This document shows positions 40,106-48,630 of a DNA stretch of 64,000 bases, one piece after another. The translations under genes were made by a program, and so were the position numbers. The notes beneath the pieces are model-generated. The model was not told where the DNA came from. It saw only the letters and a list, made by a program, of their open reading frames with translations, and made no database searches. The DNA comes from Escherichia coli (GTDB lineage: Bacteria > Pseudomonadota > Gammaproteobacteria > Enterobacterales > Enterobacteriaceae): assembly GCF_003334335.1 (NCBI RefSeq), contig NZ_QOWQ01000021.1; one strand, given 5' to 3'. Every line of letters begins with the position of its first letter. The stretch's first letter is position 1.

Positions 40106-40338
40106 GGTGAAGCCATGGTCGCCATCCTGAATGTGTGTTGCTGCCCCCCCCTGAACGTGGAAAGAAAAGCCCGCGCATCGCTGCGTTTATTCCGCGACGG
40201 CGTGCGGAATTTTTCACGCATAAAACCCCACGACTACCTGGTAATAAGAATCGGTTTCCGCTGGCGATTACTGAGCAAAAACAACGGGGCGTCATGGGAT
40301 TTATTAACGCACGAAACCTATAACAAAGAGGCCGCGTT

Positions 40339-41319
40339 ATGAGCAAAGAACTGTTATCCGGTACGCCACTGAAATGGGTGGGCGGAAAAAGCCGCATCAT
40401 GAACACACTGAAGGCGCACCTGCCAGAAGCCGACTGTCTGGTTGAGCCGTTCGTGGGCGGCGCATCGGTATTCATGAACACCAGTTACAAGCGTTACATC
40501 CTGGGTGATTCCAATGGTGCGCTGATTAATTTCTACCGGCAAGCTAGGGACAACACCGACAGCCTGATCGACGAGGCGAAAACCCTGTTCCTGAACCACA
40601 ACAACAGGGGTGACTATCTCATCATTCGCGAAACCTTTAACGCAGAGAATCATGCCTTCCTGAACAGCAGAACGGGAATAAGCGACCGCCGTGAACTGCG
40701 ACTGGCCGCCATGTTTTTGTACCTGAACCGACACAGCTTTAACGGTTTGTTCCGCGTGAACGGAAAAGGCGATTTTAACGTGCCTTTCGGCTGCTACCGC
40801 AAGCCCTACTTCCCTGAGCGTGAAATCCGCGCATTTGCAGACAAGGCAAACAGCACCCGAACGCTGCTTATCCACGCAGATTTTAAGGATACGCTGAACT
40901 CTGCCAGTCACCTGTTCGGCATGGGCAACACGCTTTGCGTGTACTGCGATCCCCCTTACCTGCAATTCAGTGGCCGGGACAATTTTACCGCCTACGGAAA
41001 ACCATTCGATGAAGACGAGCACGTTCGTCTGAGGGCAGCGCTTGACCGCCTTTCACAGGAAACGGGCGGCATGACCAGCATCACCATCTCCAATTCCGAC
41101 ACACCGGAAACACGACGCATTTATCGGGGTTACCGGATGAACTGCATACAGGCACCACGAAGCGTTGGCGCAAGAACCCGGGAATCAGCACCGGAGGTTA
41201 TCGCCACCCTGAGACAGTGCGACGCCTGCGGTCACCATGGCGGTGGCTACTGCCCGGACTGCGGACCTGTAACGGGAGATGCAACTTACAGCGTGATGTT
41301 TACCCCTGCCAGTACGTGA
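40339..41319 (+). CDS. Dam-family DNA N6-adenine methyltransferase with C-terminal Cys-rich extension
   Basis: 326 aa; FxGxG SAM motif (VEPFVGGASVF) and catalytic DPPY; C-terminus CDACGHHGGGYCPDCGP looks like a zinc ribbon. Confidence 0.85.
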   Translation: MSKELLSGTPLKWVGGKSRIMNTLKAHLPEADCLVEPFVGGASVFMNTSYKRYILGDSNGALINFYRQARDNTDSLIDEAKTLFLNHNNRGDYLIIRETFNAENHAFLNSRTGISDRRELRLAAMFLYLNRHSFNGLFRVNGKGDFNVPFGCYRKPYFPEREIRAFADKANSTRTLLIHADFKDTLNSASHLFGMGNTLCVYCDPPYLQFSGRDNFTAYGKPFDEDEHVRLRAALDRLSQETGGMTSITISNSDTPETRRIYRGYRMNCIQAPRSVGARTRESAPEVIATLRQCDACGHHGGGYCPDCGPVTGDATYSVMFTPAST

Positions 41320-41354
41320 ATAAACAGATGAATCAGTAACACCGGAGTCAGGAA

Positions 41355-41591
41355 ATGAATAGCGAAAACAACAAAGAGCTTTTGCGGGAATTGCGTCTCA
41401 TCGCCCGTGCACATGAGGAAGCAGCAAAAGTTATCGCTGCTGCTGGAAGACCAGAGCTCGTTATCGCTTCAGCAATCTCACTGAGGATCACCATGGAAGC
41501 AATCCGGGTGATTCAGGATCAGGAAAGTGAAATCGCCACCCTTAAAAAGCAGCTCAACGAGAAATCTGCCGGGCAAAGGAGTCAGCAATGA
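41355..41591 (+). CDS. hypothetical protein, 78 aa
   Basis: Track ORF; predicted helical; early operon. Confidence 0.45.
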   Translation: MNSENNKELLRELRLIARAHEEAAKVIAAAGRPELVIASAISLRITMEAIRVIQDQESEIATLKKQLNEKSAGQRSQQ

Positions 41592-41806
41592 TCCAGGAAT
41601 CAACCGTTATCCGGTTCACAGCCAACGGCCGTCAGTACGAGGTAGACGAAGCCCTGATTGATTACAGCATGACCCGCCAGAGCTCACGCTTTCAGGACAT
41701 GTACCACATCCGGCTAATCAACGGTTCGTCTTTCAACGCCACAAACGTGGAAGAAGTACGCGTGCTGACAGCAACACGCAACACGGGAGGTAAAGCGTGG
41801 CAGTGA
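41588..41806 (+). CDS. hypothetical protein, 72 aa
   Basis: Track ORF overlapping neighbours by a few nt, indicating translational coupling. Confidence 0.45.
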   Translation: MIQESTVIRFTANGRQYEVDEALIDYSMTRQSSRFQDMYHIRLINGSSFNATNVEEVRVLTATRNTGGKAWQ

Positions 41807-42147
41807 TTTATATCGCCGGCCCCATGACCGGATACGAAGACTGCAATAGAACGGCGTTTTGCCTGGAGGATCTGAAGCTTCGGTGCGCCGGAAACATCGT
41901 TCTTAATCCTGCCGTACTGCCTGACGGATTAAGCCAGCAGCAGTACATGAGTATTTGTATTCCGATGCTCATGTGTGCCGATGCCATTTACTTACTGGAT
42001 GGATGGGAAGAATCCGCTGGCGCACGGGCTGAGTACGCAATGGCGCTCAAACTGAACATGCCAGTGTCATTCCCGGAAAACCGGGCAGCCGTCGAAACCG
42101 TCGCGCAGCTGCTTCACAAATCAAAAGCCACACAGGCGACTGAGTAA
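41797..42147 (+). CDS. DUF4406 / nucleoside 2-deoxyribosyltransferase-like protein
   Basis: 116 aa; VIYIAGPMTG ... LLDGWEESAGARAEYAMALKLNMPV resembles the small Rossmann-like DUF4406 family common in prophages. Confidence 0.6.
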   Translation: MAVIYIAGPMTGYEDCNRTAFCLEDLKLRCAGNIVLNPAVLPDGLSQQQYMSICIPMLMCADAIYLLDGWEESAGARAEYAMALKLNMPVSFPENRAAVETVAQLLHKSKATQATE

Positions 42148-42585
42148 CCGACCGGAGATCGAAACATGATTGCGCGAAGAGCTGCCAACCGCCTCACAGG
42201 CTTTATTCCAGGCAAGGTTGATCATGCACTCCATCACGGCGCTGTCACTTTCCTCAACAAAGGAGAGGCGCGCAATCATGCATTCTGGGGTGAGCACGTG
42301 GCGCTGGCTAATCAGTCTTTGATAGCTAAGCGCCTGCCATTCAGCCTTTTCAGCTCTGATAGAAAGAGAGGCAGCCATGACCTGCCACACCAGAAAGAGC
42401 ACCACACTGGCGAAAACAAACGTTGCGCTGTCGCAAAAAATGAATGCGGCAACAATCGCAAGGAAAGCGCTAATCCTCAGAACCAAGGAAGCGCGACGGT
42501 GGAGAAGGCTTGTCATGTGTTCAAGCCAGTAGCTGTACCACAGGTCAAAAAGAATTTCGTAATCAGAAGGGAGCTTATCACTCAT
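42121..42585 (-). CDS. hypothetical membrane protein (about 154 aa, 2 TM) encoded antisense to the early operon
   Basis: Track ORF 42121..42768; first ATG at 42585 gives MSDKLPSDYEILFDLWYSYWLEHM... with two hydrophobic helices; its 3-prime end overlaps the DUF4406 gene convergently by about 27 nt. Confidence 0.55.
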   Translation of the reverse strand: MSDKLPSDYEILFDLWYSYWLEHMTSLLHRRASLVLRISAFLAIVAAFIFCDSATFVFASVVLFLVWQVMAASLSIRAEKAEWQALSYQRLISQRHVLTPECMIARLSFVEESDSAVMECMINLAWNKACEAVGSSSRNHVSISGRLLSRLCGF

Positions 42586-42765
42586 CAGAAACACCCCGCG
42601 TATGCAGACAATCACCAGTTGCCAGGTGATATTAATTCGCAACATTCTAACCACATCAGCACGCAACACAAAAACCGCTTGCCAGCGCTCGTCGTGTCGG
42701 GTTACATTTCCGCTGCACCTCATAAAACGGGTGCCGGGATTTCCACCCCGCTGACAAACGAAGCG

Positions 42766-42790
42766 CACAGCCGCGCCAGCGGTTTTTTTG
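42766..42790 (+). terminator. terminator-like hairpin plus T-run in non-coding gap
   Basis: ccgc-gcca-gcgg followed by ttttttt. Confidence 0.35.
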
Positions 42791-43258
42791 TGCGTACTGT
42801 ATCGCCACGTCTTTTTCGCGTCAGAATTATGGCGGGGCGTACAGGGCCGACTTCGGTCGGGCCGGTTTCTTCGTTTGCCGGTTGTGGAAACCCTGTACGT
42901 CTCGCCACCCTGAGTTTTCCACCTCTGGTTGGTGAGTTTTCAAAATTCACAAACGAAGAGGCCACACCATGGCAAACCGCAAGCAACAGCGCGCCCGCGC
43001 TGAGCGTCTTCACATCCACAGCGAAATCAACCGCAGACTTTTCCGCGCAACACGCGTCGCGCAAATCATGCATATCAACATGCTGCATGAGCGCACGCAC
43101 GCACTATCAAACCGTTACTGCGCTGCCGTCTTCAGCTATCTGGCCGAAGACCTGGCAGAACTGCAAAGCCTCATCAACCAGCACCGATAAACCACATCCG
43201 GAAGCTATCCCACACCTGCACGCGGGAGGCTTCCGCACATCTGTTACCGGAGGTTCTC

Positions 43259-43675
43259 ATGAAGAGCGTTAAGGGACTTTCAGATATTCAGGACTTTTTT
43301 AACTGGATGTGGGCGGAGGATCCCCTGCTGGCTTCCCGCCTGAACGACTGGCACGACTGTTACCGTCGCGCCTGTAAACAGGCTGCCCGCAGCGTCACCA
43401 CATACGGGGATTTCTCCTTCACCGTTGACGATCGTTACCGCGTGGACGTGAAAGGTGATGGTGATGGCTTTGGTTTATTTCACATCAACGGCATCGACAG
43501 CACCACCATCAGCTGGTCGTCATCAGAGATGGCGCTTGTGCTGGAGATGACAAACCACAGCGTGGCCGTGAAAGGTATATACACCGCAGAAGACTTTATC
43601 GGTGAATACCAGCGCCTTCTCATGCTGTACCGCGCGGCGTTTCAGGCGGCAACTGCCGGGGAGTGCGACGCATGA
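43259..43675 (+). CDS. hypothetical protein, 138 aa (upstream of A; B/orf-equivalent position)
   Basis: Track ORF; stop overlaps the start of gene A (ATGA). Confidence 0.55.
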   Translation: MKSVKGLSDIQDFFNWMWAEDPLLASRLNDWHDCYRRACKQAARSVTTYGDFSFTVDDRYRVDVKGDGDGFGLFHINGIDSTTISWSSSEMALVLEMTNHSVAVKGIYTAEDFIGEYQRLLMLYRAAFQAATAGECDA

Positions 43676-46185
43676 GCGACCATAACGCACAACTGGCGTA
43701 CCCGTGGAACGCCCCGCTGCAAGTTATCGATCCTGAAACGTTCGGCAGAGCGCAACCAACCGCATTACGCCAGGTCATTCAGAGCTACATCAACGAAGAC
43801 ATTCGCATTGATGCCAGACTAGATGAAGAAACCGTCGCCTTCCTGACAAACACAGACGAAGGCAAGCGAATTAATTTGCATCTTCACCGCGACGAAGAGC
43901 GTCGGATCAGACTGGAAAAAGTGGTGCGGCGCAAACGCGAATATCCGCCCACGCTGGTATCGAAAGCCATGGCAGAACTTCGCGCCCTGCCCTCGTTTCT
44001 TGGTAACGCGCTCATTCGTGATCTGGCGCGTTTAAACCGCAAACAGCAAAGCGCCCGCCATGAAGGCGTGAAAAACAACAATACACACGTGGCTGATAAC
44101 TTTGTTCGCCGTGGACTGCGCACACGCCTGAAACGCATCGAACAGGTGAATGAACGCTTCGCCACGACAGCATTCAAAGCCACCGCAGCGCGTCATCGCC
44201 TTGATGAATTACTCATGCTGCCACAACTCAACCGTGATCAAATTCAGCGCCTTGCCACACTAACGGCGGCGGCATTTTCCACCGAACTGGAACGCATATG
44301 TGATGAAGTTACTGAGCGGACAGGAAAAGGTGACGATAACCTGTTCACCTGGTTGCTGACTTACCAGCAGCTGGCGCGCATGGCGTTAAAACTGGGCGTG
44401 ACCCCACCATACTGGCCGTCACTCGAGATCAGACGTGACCGCCGCACGGCACCAGACCCTGAACTGGTACCGGGTGCGGTAATGCGTATCACCTGCGCCA
44501 CCTGGTGGAACAACCAGCTGCGCCACCTCGCAGATCTCTGGCGGGAGGAATTACTGCGTGCCGCCGGAAGAGTATCGCGCAAGGCATCCCCCTACATCAG
44601 TCATGAGTCACTCCAGGAATTCCGGGAGAAACGCCAGCGCACCCGTGATTTTCTCAAAAGCTGGGACATTGAAAACGAAGACGGTGAACGCCTGAGTCTG
44701 GAGGACGTGTACTGGTCAGGGCTGGGGAATCCGCGCAACCGCCGCAACGAGATGATGGCCTGCGTCAGAGGGATGGAACAGGTCGCCGAATCGCGTGGTG
44801 ACTCCGCGTTCTTCGTGACAGTAACCTGCCCTTCCCGCTTTCACAGCGTGAACGAGGACGGCAGCCTGAACCCGAAATACAACGGTGCCACCGTGCGCGA
44901 TGCCAGTGATTATCTGGTTTACGACGTCTTTGCAGCTGCAAGAAAAAAACTCAACAAAGAAGGCCTGAGCTGGTACGGGGTGCGCACCGTTGAGCCACAC
45001 CATGACGGCACACCACACTGGCACATGCTAGTATTCACTTCCCCGGACAATGAAGAACGCATCATTGAAATCATGCGTGACGCAGCAATCAAATCAGATC
45101 GCGCAGAACTGGGGAATGATATTTCTCCGCGCTTCAAGTGCGAAAAAATCGACCCGGCAAAAGGCACACCGGCAAGCTACATCGCAACCTATATCGGCAA
45201 GAACCTGGACACCAGCACCTTCCATAACAATGACCCGAAAACCGGCAAACCTTACGCCGATAAAGAATCGGGAAAAACCATGGCGGAAACCGTGGAAAAC
45301 GCCATTGCCTGGGCGAGTCTCCATCGCATCCGTCAGTTCCAGTTCTTCGGAATCCCGCCCCGCCAGGTATGGCGTGAACTCCGCCGCCTTGCCGGACAGA
45401 TGGAGCGCAACCCCGCATCACCGAAGCGCCTGGACCATGACGACATTGACGCCATTCTGGCCGCCGCTGACGTGGGGTGTTTTGCCACCTACATCAACCG
45501 TCAGGGCGGCGTGCTCATTCCACGCAACCTGTACCTGATCCGCACCGCATACGAAACCGCAGATGAGGCCAATGATTACGGGGAATTTCCTCAACGTATC
45601 TGGGGAATATGCGCCCCGTCGCTCGGCGAGCGCTACACCATCTGTACCCATCCGGACGAATGGAAACTGGTCAGAAAAGAAGCGAAAACCGACAACAGCA
45701 CGGACGAGGATTTTGACGTTGGGGGCGGCTTCGCCGCACCTTGGACTCGTGGCAATAACTGTCCCCATGATGAAAAAACAGACACCGGAGAGGGTAAAAC
45801 CCCACCACCGGAAACCAGGAAAGAACAAAAACTGGTCGTCCCGGGAGGTGATTTGGGTGAGTGGTTAAGGTCACTGACCCCCACAGAGCGAAAACAACTC
45901 ACCAGGCAGCTGAAAGATGCGCCATCTGACACAAAAACCGTGAAAACCGGCGGCCCCACCACGCCCGATGACGTCATACATGTGCGTACAGCATTGCCGC
46001 TGACTGACGTCACCACCACCGTAATCAAGTCGGCACTGAGCGCGACGGGCGAGGAGCTACACAGTGGCGCAGCACTTTCCGTACACAGAGGTGCACGCGT
46101 TCGCCTGCCTGACGGGCGGATTGTGCACTGGGATGAGAAATCACGAAGCCTGGTGGCAGCAGATCAACCGGAGGTGAACCCATGA
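43672..46185 (+). CDS. A: rolling-circle replication initiator endonuclease (P2 gpA family)
   Basis: Track ORF 43663..46185; HUH-type motif HWHMLVF and twin-tyrosine motif ASYIATYIGKN as in P2 A. Confidence 0.88.
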   Translation: MSDHNAQLAYPWNAPLQVIDPETFGRAQPTALRQVIQSYINEDIRIDARLDEETVAFLTNTDEGKRINLHLHRDEERRIRLEKVVRRKREYPPTLVSKAMAELRALPSFLGNALIRDLARLNRKQQSARHEGVKNNNTHVADNFVRRGLRTRLKRIEQVNERFATTAFKATAARHRLDELLMLPQLNRDQIQRLATLTAAAFSTELERICDEVTERTGKGDDNLFTWLLTYQQLARMALKLGVTPPYWPSLEIRRDRRTAPDPELVPGAVMRITCATWWNNQLRHLADLWREELLRAAGRVSRKASPYISHESLQEFREKRQRTRDFLKSWDIENEDGERLSLEDVYWSGLGNPRNRRNEMMACVRGMEQVAESRGDSAFFVTVTCPSRFHSVNEDGSLNPKYNGATVRDASDYLVYDVFAAARKKLNKEGLSWYGVRTVEPHHDGTPHWHMLVFTSPDNEERIIEIMRDAAIKSDRAELGNDISPRFKCEKIDPAKGTPASYIATYIGKNLDTSTFHNNDPKTGKPYADKESGKTMAETVENAIAWASLHRIRQFQFFGIPPRQVWRELRRLAGQMERNPASPKRLDHDDIDAILAAADVGCFATYINRQGGVLIPRNLYLIRTAYETADEANDYGEFPQRIWGICAPSLGERYTICTHPDEWKLVRKEAKTDNSTDEDFDVGGGFAAPWTRGNNCPHDEKTDTGEGKTPPPETRKEQKLVVPGGDLGEWLRSLTPTERKQLTRQLKDAPSDTKTVKTGGPTTPDDVIHVRTALPLTDVTTTVIKSALSATGEELHSGAALSVHRGARVRLPDGRIVHWDEKSRSLVAADQPEVNP

Positions 46186-46586
46186 CACGATTCCATTGTG
46201 TACTCCAGCGCCATGATTTCAGCGCCATCATGAGTGGACGCATTCCGGCACTGACGCTGAGCGGCGTCAGTGTTCGACCACAGCCAGGCGACGAACTGGA
46301 GATCACGATCGCAAACCCCGATCGCAGCACAGATACCGTCATGACCGACATCCTGACTGCAAGAATCAACACCGACAGAAGCGCATTCATCGTTGCCGTG
46401 CGCCCTCGTCGCGCCATATCAGAGCCTGAACCACTGACTCCCGTAGGAAAAATCATGCAGGCATACCACGAAAAACAGACCAGAAAACTCAACGAAGAAC
46501 TGGCAAGAACGCTGGCCGTCGTTAACCGAAAAGCGGCAATTGTCCGCTATGTGCATTCGGCCGCCAGCAGGCAATCACACAGGTAA
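46182..46586 (+). CDS. hypothetical protein, 134 aa (first gene after A)
   Basis: Track ORF; ATGA overlap with the stop of A. Confidence 0.5.
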   Translation: MTRFHCVLQRHDFSAIMSGRIPALTLSGVSVRPQPGDELEITIANPDRSTDTVMTDILTARINTDRSAFIVAVRPRRAISEPEPLTPVGKIMQAYHEKQTRKLNEELARTLAVVNRKAAIVRYVHSAASRQSHR

Positions 46587-46595
46587 CAAAAGACC

Positions 46596-46805
46596 ATGAA
46601 CATGACCAGAAACAGCAAACCGAAGGAGCACACCATGAACGACATCAGGAGGATCAGCGACAAAGAGCTTACGAAAATGATTGAGTCGGCGCAGCAGCTG
46701 CTTTCACGACGAAATCCGGTTGTGGAAGAAACATGGTGGGAAAATTTACTGGCAGCACTGACCGAACTCCGCGAACGCCGGAACAACGAAGGAGCCGCCA
46801 AATGA
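46596..46805 (+). CDS. hypothetical protein, 69 aa
   Basis: Track ORF; stop overlaps the next start. Confidence 0.45.
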   Translation: MNMTRNSKPKEHTMNDIRRISDKELTKMIESAQQLLSRRNPVVEETWWENLLAALTELRERRNNEGAAK

Positions 46806-47140
46806 AGACACCCAGAATGACCGGAAAGGTAATCATTTTACGCTACCTGGAAACGCACGCACGCTTCAGCACACCAGAGCTGGTTGAAAAACTGGGCGTG
46901 AAAAGGACCATCATTAATCAGGCCGCCGGAAAGATGGTACGCGAAGGGCTGCTGGTTGTGGACGGGTACACGGACAAGATAACGCATTACCGGAAGCCAA
47001 CGGAAAAGGAACGACTGGAGCTGGAGCGGCGGGCTGAACAGCAACAAAAGCCGTCCGTAATCCAGGACTGCAAGCGAAGCGAAATCATGAAGCGAATTCT
47101 GTTTATCTACGGCGCTGGCGAAGAGCTGCCAGTCATCTAA
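46802..47140 (+). CDS. winged-helix DNA-binding protein (about 112 aa)
   Basis: Internal ATG of track ORF 46733..47140 overlapping the previous stop; ILRYLETHARFSTPELVEKLGVKRTIINQAAGKMVREGLLVVDG resembles a MarR/winged-helix fold. Confidence 0.55.
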   Translation: MKTPRMTGKVIILRYLETHARFSTPELVEKLGVKRTIINQAAGKMVREGLLVVDGYTDKITHYRKPTEKERLELERRAEQQQKPSVIQDCKRSEIMKRILFIYGAGEELPVI

Positions 47141-47172
47141 CCCCAACAATAAAACCAACACGGGAGACAAAT

Positions 47173-47490
47173 ATGCCAACACAGGTTGCAACAGAGGGAC
47201 GACTGGCAGCAGACCCGAACACAAGGAGAACAACCAAAGGAACCAACGTCACAACGGCACAACTGGCGGTATCACTACCCTGCCATGGAGCAGAACAGCC
47301 AACCACAATGTGGCTTTACTTTATTGCATTCGGGAAGCAGCACGAAGAACTGGCAAAACACAGAAAAGGCGATCTGATTCTGGTGCACGGAAACTTGCAG
47401 GTAAACAGGTATCAGGACAAGTACGGGCAACAGAAAGAGAGCTGGCAGTTGCTGGCGCAAAGCATTATCAGCTCAAGAACCGGGCGATGA
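47173..47490 (+). CDS. SSB-like OB-fold protein lacking the acidic C-terminal tail
   Basis: 105 aa; pattern G-L-DP--R-T--G-----LA ... W--V--FGK-AE ... KG--V-V-G-L---RY-D--G mirrors the SSB N-terminal OB domain; no DDDIPF-type tail. Confidence 0.6.
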   Translation: MPTQVATEGRLAADPNTRRTTKGTNVTTAQLAVSLPCHGAEQPTTMWLYFIAFGKQHEELAKHRKGDLILVHGNLQVNRYQDKYGQQKESWQLLAQSIISSRTGR

Positions 47491-47508
47491 CTTCTCGCAT
47501 GTTACCCT

Positions 47509-47552
47509 CAGCAGCGAGGGTAACACAGGATTTCTTTTTTCAGTCAAACCGA
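47509..47552 (+). terminator. rho-independent terminator ending the rightward A operon
   Basis: Perfect inverted repeat gttaccctc agcagc gagggtaac followed by a T-rich run (tttcttttttc). Confidence 0.75.
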
Positions 47553-48268
47553 AATCGGCCGCTTGTCGCGTATGCATAGGTGACCACCGCACCCAGCGCA
47601 TTCACACGCTTCTTCACATAAATCACATTACCATCCTGATAGTCACCGTATGGGTAGCAAATAAATATTGTTTTTTGCAAATCAGGATCATCAACAAATG
47701 CCCCTGAACAACTTTTTGAGCTACCGCGACTGTACTCATAGGGAGCGGAATAGAATGAATCTTCACCCGGAAGAAAATATATCAGCGTAACCAGGAGGGT
47801 AAACAGAATCATCCAGGTAAGAAGGCACATACCCGAAAAAAACTTAAGATACGATGTAACCCCGGTAAATTTAGACCGATCAACCAGGTTCTTTTTCAAC
47901 AGGCACAGTGAGGCAAAAACCGAAAGCACCACAGACACTGAAACAAGGCAGTTTGTCGTGAACGAATAAAGGTAGGTAATTCTGTAAACATCGTTTCGCC
48001 ACCAAATAAAAAGAAAAATCCCCCCCAAAACAGAAAGCGTGACAAAAGTTAAATAAGGATATGAGTAATTTTTCACAGTTCTCACCCGGCAGTCTCCCAC
48101 TGATTCAGACAGATGAATATCATCACCACCTGCCACAAAAAATCGCAAGATCAAAACTGCACAAAAGCGCACGAAATTGCACAATTTTTCTAATGTACTT
48201 TTTCCCCATTCCGCCCGGTAACGGCGCTGGCTGAGGCCGGTTTGCACGGTGCACGAAAAACGAGGCAA
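47540..48268 (-). CDS. hypothetical multi-pass membrane protein in the A-Q cargo hotspot (start uncertain; likely GTG near 48076, about 178 aa)
   Basis: Track ORF with three hydrophobic helices and about 75 aa C-terminal soluble domain; body looks markedly AT-rich by eye; candidate GTG start preceded by ggtgag SD. Confidence 0.6.
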   Translation of the reverse strand: MPRFSCTVQTGLSQRRYRAEWGKSTLEKLCNFVRFCAVLILRFFVAGGDDIHLSESVGDCRVRTVKNYSYPYLTFVTLSVLGGIFLFIWWRNDVYRITYLYSFTTNCLVSVSVVLSVFASLCLLKKNLVDRSKFTGVTSYLKFFSGMCLLTWMILFTLLVTLIYFLPGEDSFYSAPYEYSRGSSKSCSGAFVDDPDLQKTIFICYPYGDYQDGNVIYVKKRVNALGAVVTYAYATSGRFRFD

Positions 48269-48269
48269 T

Positions 48270-48310
48270 TGCAGCGCGCAGGCGACGAGGGAAGGGCGCC
48301 CGAATTGAGG
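48270..48310. other. candidate cos (cohesive end) region
   Basis: GC-rich tract gcgcaggcgacgagggaagggcgcc between hotspot and portal, where P2-type cos lies; about 13 of 19 positions match my recollection of the P2 cohesive end GGCGAGGCGGGGAAAGCAC. Confidence 0.3.
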
Positions 48311-48630
48311 GGTGGAAGGCAGGTTGCTTTATTTGGGGTCGTATTGCGCGTGATACGCACGCAGTGAAGCCGGTTCTGAAAAAACCACACCGAAACAGAG
48401 TCAGAAAAACAGGCCGCCAGAATGCGTCTGGTTGAGTTTTACGGGGTCGGGATTAAATGCGGAAACATCACACCGCAGGCATGACGCGAAAAAGAGAAAA
48501 ACCACAGCAAAACATAATGTTAAATGTTATTGATGAGTTGAGAAGCGAAAGGTGTATTGCGTTGACAGAGCTGGAGAGTCGGGGCATAAATTTTTTATGC
48601 CCCGGCGAAGCAGCCGACAAGCGAAGCGCG

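Noticed and set aside
42166-43272. 368 aa + strand ORF spanning the early-region gap
   Set aside because: Low-complexity S/T/H/R-rich translation; overlaps the more plausible reverse-strand membrane ORF and the non-coding hairpin region.
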